From contig JBDRCX010000002.1 in NCBI GenBank assembly GCA_043821365.1, forward strand, positions 64,001-128,000: 64,000 nucleotides of DNA. Reading direction: 5' to 3'. Positions 20,196 through 29,800 of the stretch are shown one piece after another. Below the pieces are notes generated by a model. That model was not told where the DNA came from and made no database searches. It saw nothing but the letters and a program-made list of their open reading frames with translations. The stretch comes from Candidatus Micrarchaeota archaeon (GTDB taxonomy: Archaea; Micrarchaeota; Micrarchaeia; Anstonellales; Bilamarchaeaceae). How positions within the stretch are numbered: position 1 is the first letter of the stretch; each line of letters begins with the position of its first letter. Both the position numbers and the translations under genes were made by a program.

Positions 20196-21186
20196 TTTCT
20201 TCACCATCAAATTTCATTAGTTCATTCAATTTTTCCATTGCCTTTCCAGAATCAATGGAATCAGTTGCCTTTGTTATTCCATCTTCAAAACTACCCATAC
20301 CACTAACATAGATGGCTGCAGCAGCATTCAGAACTGCAATATCCCTTGCAGGGCTTGTTTTTCCTTTAAGTATCTCTAGTATTGTTTCTGCACTTTTTTC
20401 TTTGGAGTCGACTATCAGCATCTCTGTTTTCTTAAAACCAAATTCGTTTGCATCAATTATGTATTCTTCAATACTTCCATCGTTTATTTCTGCCACATTT
20501 GTTTTTTCTAATCCTATTTCGTCTGTTCCATCAGAATGCACTACCATTGCTTTTTTTGTGCCTAATTCTACTAGTGCCTCTGCCATTGTTTTGATGAGAG
20601 TTCTATCAAAAACACCAAGTACTTGTGCATGTGCGCTTGCAGGGTTTGTTAGTGGTCCGAGTATGTTGAAAACCGTTCTAACTCCAAGTTCTTTTCTTAC
20701 TGGTGCAACATATTTCATTGCAGGGTGGAAGTATGGTGCAAACATAAATCCAATTCCAATTTTTTCTATGCATTTTTCTACTTTCTTAGGTTCAAGCATT
20801 TTTACCCCAAGTTTTTCAAGTACATCTGCTGAACCACATTTACTTGAAACTGAACGATTGCCATGCTTTGCAATTTTTATTCCTGCTCCAGCTGCTATCA
20901 GAGCTGCAGTTGTTGATATGTTGAATGTATTTGACGAATCTCCCCCAGTTCCGCATGTGTCAACTAAATTCCCAACATTTGGTTTGATCCTAATTGCATT
21001 TTTTCTCATTACACTTGCGAATGCTGCTATTTCTGTTTTTGTTTCTCCCTTCATTTTCAATGATGTAAGGAGAGCAGCTATTCTTGTCTGGCTTTCTGAT
21101 CCTGACATAATTCTTGTCATAATTGATTCTGCTTCTTCACATGTAAGATCCTGCTTTTCCATGAGTTTCTGGAGTATATTTGTCAT
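20182..21186 (-). CDS. trpD: Anthranilate phosphoribosyltransferase
   Basis: DTCGTGGD, NISTT, KHGNRSVSSKCGSAD and RTVFNILGPLTNP. Confidence 0.97.
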   Translation of the reverse strand: MTNILQKLMEKQDLTCEEAESIMTRIMSGSESQTRIAALLTSLKMKGETKTEIAAFASVMRKNAIRIKPNVGNLVDTCGTGGDSSNTFNISTTAALIAAGAGIKIAKHGNRSVSSKCGSADVLEKLGVKMLEPKKVEKCIEKIGIGFMFAPYFHPAMKYVAPVRKELGVRTVFNILGPLTNPASAHAQVLGVFDRTLIKTMAEALVELGTKKAMVVHSDGTDEIGLEKTNVAEINDGSIEEYIIDANEFGFKKTEMLIVDSKEKSAETILEILKGKTSPARDIAVLNAAAAIYVSGMGSFEDGITKATDSIDSGKAMEKLNELMKFDGEENELA

Positions 21187-21755
21187 ACTGCCAACTCCAA
21201 GAAATTTTTCAGAATTTTCTCCCCATTCTCTGTCATTATACTTTCTGGATGGAATTGCACACCATAAATAGGAAGGCTCTTGTGTCTGATCGCCATAATC
21301 ATGTTGTCATCGTTGCTTTTTGCAATCACTTCTATACAATCTGGAATTTTTGTTCCTACAAGAGAATGATACCGCATCACACGCATTGGACTTTTCAATC
21401 CGTTGAAAATTCCATTTTCACTATGGCTTATGTTGCTTGTTTTTCCATGCATTGGTTTTGTTGCTTTTCCAACAACTCCACCAAAATAATGGATAATCCC
21501 CTGGTGACCAAGACACACCCCAAGTATCTTTGTTTTGTTCATTTGTGGAATTATGTCTGCACACACTCCGAAATCTCGTTTATTAGCAGGATGGCCTGGG
21601 CCTGGAGATAGGATTATTGCATCTGGCCTCAGTTTTTTTATTGCATCAATGGTAATCTGATCATTGCGAATTACTCTCACATCTTTGTCCAATTTGCTTA
21701 GGTACTGGAAAAGATTGTAAACAAATGAATCATAATTATCTATTATCAAAATCAA
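21183..21755 (-). CDS. trpG: Anthranilate synthase component II (glutamine amidotransferase)
   Basis: IDNYDSF, SPGPGHP, GVCLGHQ and QFHPES. Confidence 0.96.
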   Translation of the reverse strand: MILIIDNYDSFVYNLFQYLSKLDKDVRVIRNDQITIDAIKKLRPDAIILSPGPGHPANKRDFGVCADIIPQMNKTKILGVCLGHQGIIHYFGGVVGKATKPMHGKTSNISHSENGIFNGLKSPMRVMRYHSLVGTKIPDCIEVIAKSNDDNMIMAIRHKSLPIYGVQFHPESIMTENGEKILKNFLELAV

Positions 21756-23164
21756 AATCTCACCTCCAGTGCTTGCATAAGTGAGCGCATTTTGTTTTCA
21801 GTTTCATGGTATTCCTTTTCAGGAATTGAATCATACACTATTCCGGCTCCAGCCTGGACATATGCGTTTTGTCGTTGTGCTATCAATGTCCTTATGGTAA
21901 TTGCAAAATCACAATTTCTATTAAATGAAAAATATCCAACAGCCCCACCATAAGCACCTCTTCTATTTTTTTCAAGTTCTTCAATTATTTCCATTGCACG
22001 GACTTTTGGTGCTCCACTCAATGTTCCTGCAGGAAAAATTCCATCAAAAACATCAAAACAGTCTTTTTTATCAGCCAATTCACCACAGACATGGGAACTT
22101 AAATGCTGGACATGACGATACTTATGAACTTCCATAAGTTCTGGAACTGATACTGAACCAGGAGCAGAAACCTTTCCAAGATCATTTCTTGTAAGATCAA
22201 CAAGCATAAGATGTTCTGCCCTTTCTTTTTCATCATTGATAAGTTTTTGTTCAAATATTTTGTCTTCTTCTATTGTTTTTCCCCTTGGCATTGTACCAGC
22301 CAAAGTTGCATAGCTGTCAATTTTCTTTCCTTCAACTCTTACTAAATTTTCTGGACTGGATCCAATTATTTTTCTATCCCCAAAATTAAGGCAGTACATA
22401 TATGGAGAAGGATTTGTTTGTTTTAGATAATTATAAAACCTAAGCAAATTCCCTTCATATGGCAAGGTGTATCTTCTTGATAAGACAACTTGGAATATAT
22501 CGCCTTCAACTATTCTTTCTTTTGCAGTTTCAACTGCCTTTTCAAATTCATCCTTTTCCATATTTGATTTTGGATTACCAGCTTCAAATGGCCCTGAAAA
22601 AACATCTTCTTTTGAAAGCGAAAGAATCTCTGCTGATCTATCATCTCCATGACTCAGGTAGTGCACTGTTCTATCTCTCTGATCATAAATAATACAATCA
22701 TCAAAAATACCAAATTCAAAATCAGGGAATTTCAAATCATCTTTTGTTTTTTCCGGAAGCTTCTCTATGTTTCTGATATAGTCATAGGCAAAATATCCAA
22801 CAGCTCCACCAGCGAAACCTTCTTTTTCTATGTTTATTTTCGGAATGTTATCTGCAAGTGTTCGTATTGGTTTTTGCGAATCAATTTCTTCGTCACCAAC
22901 AGTTACAACTTTTTCTTTTGCAGTTATCATCTTTTTTGGATTAAAACCAATAAAAGAAAATCTTGCAAGCTTTTCCTTTTCACTGGATTGACTATCTGTG
23001 GCATTTGAAGAAGCTTGCATCTCCTTTGTATCAATAGACTCAAGCAGAAATGTTTCTCTGTACTGTCTGTTTATCAGCAAATATAGCTGGTATGGGTTGA
23101 GAGTAATTTTTAGTTTTTTATATATCAATTTACACACCTTTTTGTTTGACTCAAACTTACTCAT
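21752..23164 (-). CDS. trpE: Anthranilate synthase component I
   Basis: [35 protein letters not shown] and [14 protein letters not shown]. Confidence 0.96.
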   Translation of the reverse strand: MSKFESNKKVCKLIYKKLKITLNPYQLYLLINRQYRETFLLESIDTKEMQASSNATDSQSSEKEKLARFSFIGFNPKKMITAKEKVVTVGDEEIDSQKPIRTLADNIPKINIEKEGFAGGAVGYFAYDYIRNIEKLPEKTKDDLKFPDFEFGIFDDCIIYDQRDRTVHYLSHGDDRSAEILSLSKEDVFSGPFEAGNPKSNMEKDEFEKAVETAKERIVEGDIFQVVLSRRYTLPYEGNLLRFYNYLKQTNPSPYMYCLNFGDRKIIGSSPENLVRVEGKKIDSYATLAGTMPRGKTIEEDKIFEQKLINDEKERAEHLMLVDLTRNDLGKVSAPGSVSVPELMEVHKYRHVQHLSSHVCGELADKKDCFDVFDGIFPAGTLSGAPKVRAMEIIEELEKNRRGAYGGAVGYFSFNRNCDFAITIRTLIAQRQNAYVQAGAGIVYDSIPEKEYHETENKMRSLMQALEVRF

Positions 23165-23190
23165 TAGTCAATACTTCAACTGCTCACAAA

Positions 23191-23244
23191 TCAACGTATA
23201 GATTCATGAGTCAAGGTCCATCTTGCTAATGTTATCATTGTCAT
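23191..23244 (-). CDS. Putative trp leader peptide MTMITLARWTLTHESIR
   Basis: Hand-translated 17-codon ORF with one Trp codon, ending 26 nt before the trpE ATG. Its ATG lies 22-29 nt downstream of TATA box TTTAAATA. Confidence 0.5.
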   Translation of the reverse strand: MTMITLARWTLTHESIR

Positions 23245-23261
23245 CTATAATTAGCACCAAT

Positions 23262-23280
23262 GATATATTTAAAGCTTTTA
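23262..23280. promoter_or_regulatory. Overlapping divergent TATA/BRE region for trpE and trpY
   Basis: Minus strand reads AAAAGC-TTTAAATA; plus-strand ATATTTAAAG lies 25-34 nt before the trpY ATG. Confidence 0.6.
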
Positions 23281-23296
23281 TGTACAAAAATATACA
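23281..23296. promoter_or_regulatory. Tandem TRP boxes TGTACA-N4-TATACA (TrpY operator)
   Basis: One perfect and one single-mismatch copy of the TGTACA consensus known for Methanothermobacter TrpY, between the trpE promoter and the trpY start. Confidence 0.75.
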
Positions 23297-23298
23297 TT

Positions 23299-23802
23299 AT
23301 GTATCCTATTCTAGAAGATGCGTTTTTACGCTATCCAATGCGCAAAAAGGTGGCCGAGCTTTTGCTAAAATATGGCCTTAGAGTGGACAAAAAAGCTGTA
23401 ATTTACTGTGGTGAAATAGAACTCAGTCCAGCAAAAATTGCAAGATCACTTAGGGTTGATCGTAGGGTTGTCATCGAAACAGCACAAATGATCGCAGAAG
23501 TAGAAGAACTGTCAAACATTTTTGAGGATTTAATTCCAAAAGCATTTATTAGTGGAGTAGCAAAACATCTTGGATTTGAAGTTCTTGAAATAGAATCAAA
23601 ACCTCATGCTGTTGGTATTGTAAGTGCAGTTACCAGGATAATCGCAGATGCCCGAATAAGTATCCGACAAGTAGTAACTGACGATCCTGACATTTATCCA
23701 AATCCAAAATTAACAATAATTCTTGAGAAAAAACTTTCTGGTTCAGCATTGATAAAATTAAGAGAACTAAAATACATAAAGAAAATATCTCTGGAGTCAT
23801 GA
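23299..23802 (+). CDS. trpY: TrpY-family tryptophan-responsive regulator (HTH + ACT)
   Basis: YP.R.KVA...GLRVD..IYCG..E...IAR...VDRR and ISIRQ...DP...P.LTII; divergent from trpE. Confidence 0.85.
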   Translation: MYPILEDAFLRYPMRKKVAELLLKYGLRVDKKAVIYCGEIELSPAKIARSLRVDRRVVIETAQMIAEVEELSNIFEDLIPKAFISGVAKHLGFEVLEIESKPHAVGIVSAVTRIIADARISIRQVVTDDPDIYPNPKLTIILEKKLSGSALIKLRELKYIKKISLES

Positions 23803-26800
23803 TTTTTTTCGTTTTTTTCTGGTTGTTTTTGAGGATTCGATTTTTGGTTTTTTCAATAGGAATACTGCGGCTCCTAGTGCCGCACCAACTACCCCAACCA
23901 CGGCAACGGCGCCAATTATAGTCAGACTAGCATCCAAGTCATTCTTTTCTATTGGTTCTTCTTTTTTACAGTCAATACAGCTTTCATTTTTCTTTATTGT
24001 GATATTTGTTGTTGTATTTGTTTCTGGCAGTTGCACCTCGATAGTCAAGCAACTGTTATTGCTACATATTTGATTGGTGCCACATTCATTGTCCCAACAA
24101 CAGTCATAATAATTCCATCTATGATTTGCTGCATATCCGCAGATGCCAGTTACTTCCTTACATTCACCACCAAGACATGCTTTGCTGTCTGAACATTCAG
24201 AATCAATTGTACATTCTGGTTTGGTTACATTTGTTTGGTGGATTATAGTTACATTTTTGTCAGTTGTGGCAGCTCCTCCACTACCTCCTCCGCCACCTCC
24301 TCCCCCCCCTCCACTACCTCCGGAGGTAATTATAAGATCCCATTCTTGGCTTAGGTCAGAATTACCAGCAAGATCTGTACAGATTACATACCAAGTGTGG
24401 TCACCTAATGATAATACAGATGAAGTTAACTGAGTGTTTGTATCGTTGTCAACAGTTGTATCTGTTGCTTCAAGGTCATCATCAACATATAAAGAACAAT
24501 TTGCTGTTGGTGATGTTGTATCAGTATACCTGAAAGTGAAGGTTGGTGTGGTGTCAGTTGTTGATGAACCATCGGATGGCGAGATTAATATTGTCGTTGG
24601 ATTATTTGTGTCCACAGTGAAATTCCTTACTTCACTATAACCAATATTGTATCCGTCACTGCAATTAACACTCCAGTTGTGCCTGCCATCATCCAAAAGA
24701 CCAATACTATGTGGTCCAGTAGTACTTCCGTTTGTTAAGACAAATATTCCTGACCCCACTTCGTCAACATATAATGAGCATGTCAATGAGAGTGCTTTGT
24801 CATCCGTAACATTCCATCGGAATGATACATTAGAATCGTTTGTATTGTAGTCTTCTATTGGTTGTATCAGACTAACATTAGGCTGCGTTAGGTCGACAAA
24901 TGTTATCCACATAGGACTACTCCATGCCATCTGTCCATTATTCTGTGTTGCCTGAATGAAGATATAATCCTCTTCTCCTGGCCTCAAAGTTTGTATGAAG
25001 CTTCCTGATGTATTTGCTGTATTGACAATGGTATGATTCACTATAACTCCGTTGTAGAATAAACTTACGTTGGCAATGAGCAAGCCATCACTTGCATTGA
25101 TTGTGTAATCAATTGTTATATTTGGAGATAATGATGCGAATATATCTCCCATTATGTAGACTGCCGAACCATTATCTGCAGTAACTTGCATGATTGTTTT
25201 ATTCTCTGCTGCCCATGTATGTCTCTTTAATACAGTTTCCAAAACTCCAAGGCGTGTCCAATTTGGTGGATTGGCAAGTCCAATGAAACAATCAGCTGAA
25301 AAAGGCGATGAATGATCATCGCTGCTACAACTAAATCCAAGATGATGTCCATTGTCCAGTGCATATTTAACCCAACCAGTACCTTCGGGGTGGCCTCCAC
25401 TTGGATCATGAGGGTTTGTATAGTTTGTACAACCCGAGCCATCAGAACAGTTCCAATAATAATTCCAATGCCATTCACCCTTATTTTGCATGTCAACTAA
25501 TGGTATCCAGCTATCATTAGTCTTTGTTGGGTCACTGAAATCAGTTTGGCTTCCTGCATTCCTTGCAGGATGGTTATGCTCACCAAAACCTTGATTATTA
25601 GAAAGCCACTCTGCAAGTTCTGCAACTGTATTAAAATCTGGATTTGCAGCACTCATCACAGTTGTGTTCGGGTTGGCAGTTATGTAATAAATATGATTAC
25701 TTGTAGAAGTCCATTCTGCTCCAAAAAAGTATGTAAAATTTCCATCAATGTTGTCTGCATTTGTTCTGCTAATAATATCAGTCCATTCTGTCTGATCCAA
25801 ACTTGTATCGTGATCATTCCAGCCAGCACAGTCATAATTCATTTTGAGTGTGCTTGTAAATTCGTCTTGTTCAAAATCTCCATCACTATATGTTGTGTGC
25901 ATGCTATGGAATCCACACCAAACCGGTGAGCTGTCCTGTATAATTATTGTTCTTGAAGACGAACTATTCGTGTTCCCTCTACTGTCATTTACATAAACAC
26001 TATAGTTTATCACGCCGTTTGATTGATCTGTCACATTAACATAACAATTTGTGTCTGTTCTTGTCATTGAAATATTAGTTATGCTTCCGTTATTCCATAC
26101 GACCCAACATGAGTCTGGATTTGGTTCTGTAAATGTTACGTTTATGTAAATCCAGCTTCTGTTTGTTATTGAAGTATTCTCAAGAGTAGGTGCTACAAAT
26201 TGAATGTTTGATGGTGGGTATACGTCTGGACAGTTTATTGGATAGTTTTCATATCTCATCACTCTGCCAGAATCTTCAGCTATGAATAATGTTGTTTCTG
26301 TGTTTGGACAAGCAGGTAAAAAGGTTATCCCCTCCTGGTTAAGGCCTGGTGCTGGGTACTCTGTAATGTATGTATTATTGCTTGTAATCTCTCTTATGAA
26401 ATTGTCAGTATCATATAACACATACAATGTTTCTGTTTCAGTGCTGAAGAACAAATCTGAGATGTCAGTTCTACCTGGTACTGGTATAAAAGAATCAATC
26501 AATGTTGCAGTACTCAAGCCAAAATCTACATCCACTACGTATATTACTCCGTTTTCTTGTACGCCAAAGTAGAATAATCCACCTGCCGAAGAGTTGGAGT
26601 ATGGGTGATCTCCATTTGGAACGTAAGCTATACCCTCAATTCCAGAATTTGGGTTGCCTGTTGCCGGAATAATTCCAGTTAGACTGATCTGTGCAGATAC
26701 CACTCCTTGTGATGCATTGAACCTAATTATTTCAAATGGATATTCTACAGCAACATAAACATAATCCAAATTTTGGTTTGCTACTGAAACTCCTTCGAAA

Positions 26801-29800
26801 TCCCCTCCAATATTCCAATTAACTACGTTTGCACCATCAATATCAATCTTGCTTATGTTGCCTCCATCACCAACTAAAAATAATGAATCAAAGTATGGAT
26901 GCCATACAATTCCACTTGGTTCATACCCATCCGGGAGGTTTTGTTGGATTTCAGTACCTGTCCCAGCCCAACTGCTTACAAGTATTATGGAGGTATTTAC
27001 AGGCTCTGCTTCGTTACCATTACCATCTTTACACTGATAATATACAGTTTTATTACCAAGTTCGCTTGTTAGGTTCCATGTTTTTGTTGTTGAATAATTT
27101 TCATAGTTTGTGTATTCGGTGCCGTTGTTTGAGTAATGGCATTGTAATGTTGTTGCATCACTAGCATGTAAGGTTAAGCTCACTGTTGCGTTACCTGTGT
27201 TGGCAGCACCGCTGTTTATTATAATCGAAAGATCTGTTGGTGGTTCCACATCCAACCATTCAATTATTTTCTTCATTAATATGTTTCTATCATTTGCAGA
27301 GTTTACTGTTTCAAAATTAAATGCCAAATAAACTAATTGGTAAGAATCATTGTATCTTAATCCTGCATATCCGTCCCCAGTGTATGTGAATATTTCAGTA
27401 GAACCATCTAGTGGCAAAATCTCATCCGGGAAGTCATTGTCATCTGCTCCATCTCCACCAGCTAATCCCAAGGCCATTCCATTGGTTATTGAATCGTCTA
27501 CTATACCCTGCACACTATTAATTCCAGAATCATCGTTAAGATAAAAAGCTTTCAAGTAGTCTCCATAAAATGCGGTGGCTCCTGCGTAATATCCAACTTC
27601 CTGTCCAGAAAGAAATAAGCTTTTGTTTTCATCAAGGTAATTTTGCAGAACTGCCGCTTCATCTGAGGTAATTGTTTCTGAATATTCCTGACCAGTAAAC
27701 CATACCACTATTTGGAATTCATCCACCATGTCGCTATTTGGTATACCCTGGGTGTCAGTGTTCCAGCTTTCATAATCATAATTATTTGCAGCTAGGGCGT
27801 TTTCAAAATATGTCTCATAGAGGTCCCCTCCATCGTCATCAATAAGCAATATTTTTTTATCAGTTACGGTTATTTCTGTGCTTTGTTGGTTATCATCTGT
27901 CTCCGTCTCACCAGTCACAGGGACAACATAAATTGTTAAGTTGTAATTACCAATATTTGTGCTATTACTCCAATTAAGTGAAACGACTGTTGATGTTAAT
28001 GTTTCAAGACCTGCAATAGTTGTGTTTGTATATTCAGTTCCGTTTTGAAGTAATTTTATTTCAATGTCACTCTCGTTATTTGTTCCAAAATTCCATATGG
28101 TGGCCGTCACTGATACTGTGCCTTCTTGTTGTATGATTGAGGGGACAGTTGTTATTTCAGTAACAATTAGGTTGTGTTCTTCACTACTGCCAGCAAGAAC
28201 TACTGAATATGATTCTATTGCATCGCCGTTTGAGCTGTTTTTTGCTATAGCAAGCACACCTTCATCATAATCTGCAGCATTACCAAAGATAATCGAGCCA
28301 TCAAAATTCCCATCCAAAATAATTTGTTCAATGGTATATTCACTGCCATTCTTTTTTATGAGGTAAATAGCATAATCGCTGCTGCCATCGAAGAGAATAA
28401 TGATATTCTGAAATGAGGCGTTTCTGACATTTATGAAATCAATACCCCACCTGTTTATTGTTCCTGCTACAGTTGCACTATCTCCACTCCATACTGGGTT
28501 TGTTTTTGTGACATTGTCATGGTATTGTCCCCAGCTTTGGTTGTTGCTTCCATCTGCTTCGCCCCATGTAAAATTCTTTGTATAAATAGCAATTGCAAGA
28601 TCAGCTATAACTTCACCGAAACTATCATGACCACCTGGAAGTGCCACTACTTGGTCTATAATATTCTCTAGTCCAGTGTCATAGGGTTCAGCATAATTTG
28701 TGAGGTTATATTCTATTCCTCTTATTGCTTCTATACCATTGTGCTGGTAAATAAAGCCCCATACAAGTGCATAACTATATGAGAATGCACCAAGTGCCCT
28801 ATCCGTATTTAGTAAATAAGAATTATGTTCATCTATTGTTGATGCTGTGAGAGCACCATTTACCCATGTGCTTGCATTTGGGTATGCAATACTCTCACTG
28901 TTTCTTGCCATACCTTCCACATTAGTATTCCTGCCTGCCCATCCGTTTGCTCCCCACTGTAAATTGTGGTAGAATTCATGCTCAATAATCACATTTTGCA
29001 TATCTCTTTCAGTTTCAAACTCCCAGCCATATCCAACTATTATTGATTCAAGATTAACTCTGGTACAAAACCTTCCATCATTTCCACTATGTGAGTGGGC
29101 ATTTGGAGGTAAGTCTCTCGGCGCATTCTGGTCAGGGTCAAACCATGCAGATTCAATATTATTGCCATTGGTGATAAAGACCTGGAATGTTTGGTCTGGA
29201 TCAGGACTTTCAAAACCCCAGTCCAGAACATCTATGTTGTATGCATTTGCGCAAGCATTTGAGCTATCATTTGCATATTCATCTGCTCTTGTTCTATCCC
29301 ATCCAAATGATGCGCTGAAATAATATGCCTTACATATGAAATTATCATCACTTGAATTTCTTTGTGCAATCTTTTCAATAATAAAATAACAGTCTGTTGT
29401 GCAGCCATTATTGATGGCTGTATTGTAGTATGATGCGTTGTTTGTCGGATCACTAAGCTGCACGGCACGGATATCCCCCACACCACTATGAGTATCTGTT
29501 TGTGGGGTGTACGTCCAGGTGTATTCCCCTGCCCCGTCTGTGGTTATGTTCGTTACATTGATTGTTTGTGCAATTGTTGAACCCATGCCTGATACTGGAT
29601 ATGAGAACAAAACCACGCTGATTTCTACTGTTGTGCTTGGATCAAAACCTACCAGATCGACTTGTACTGTTTCAACATTTATTTCTGTTTCTGTCCATAA
29701 AATATCAAGATAGCTATCATTTACTGTTATTGTTTGTGATGGGTAGAGTCCAGTAACTTCTTCTGGTTCGTCTTCAATTTCTTCTTCATATTCATCCCCG

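Noticed and set aside
20312-21271. 319-aa plus-strand ORF, and many similar 60-180 aa ORFs in the track
   Set aside because: Antisense shadows of clearly identified genes (here trpD), with no motifs and the S/F/I-rich composition typical of reverse frames.
24280-24325. CCT/CCG/CCC-rich low-complexity tract
   Set aside because: Encodes the poly-Gly/Ser linker of the giant surface protein; not an independent DNA repeat.
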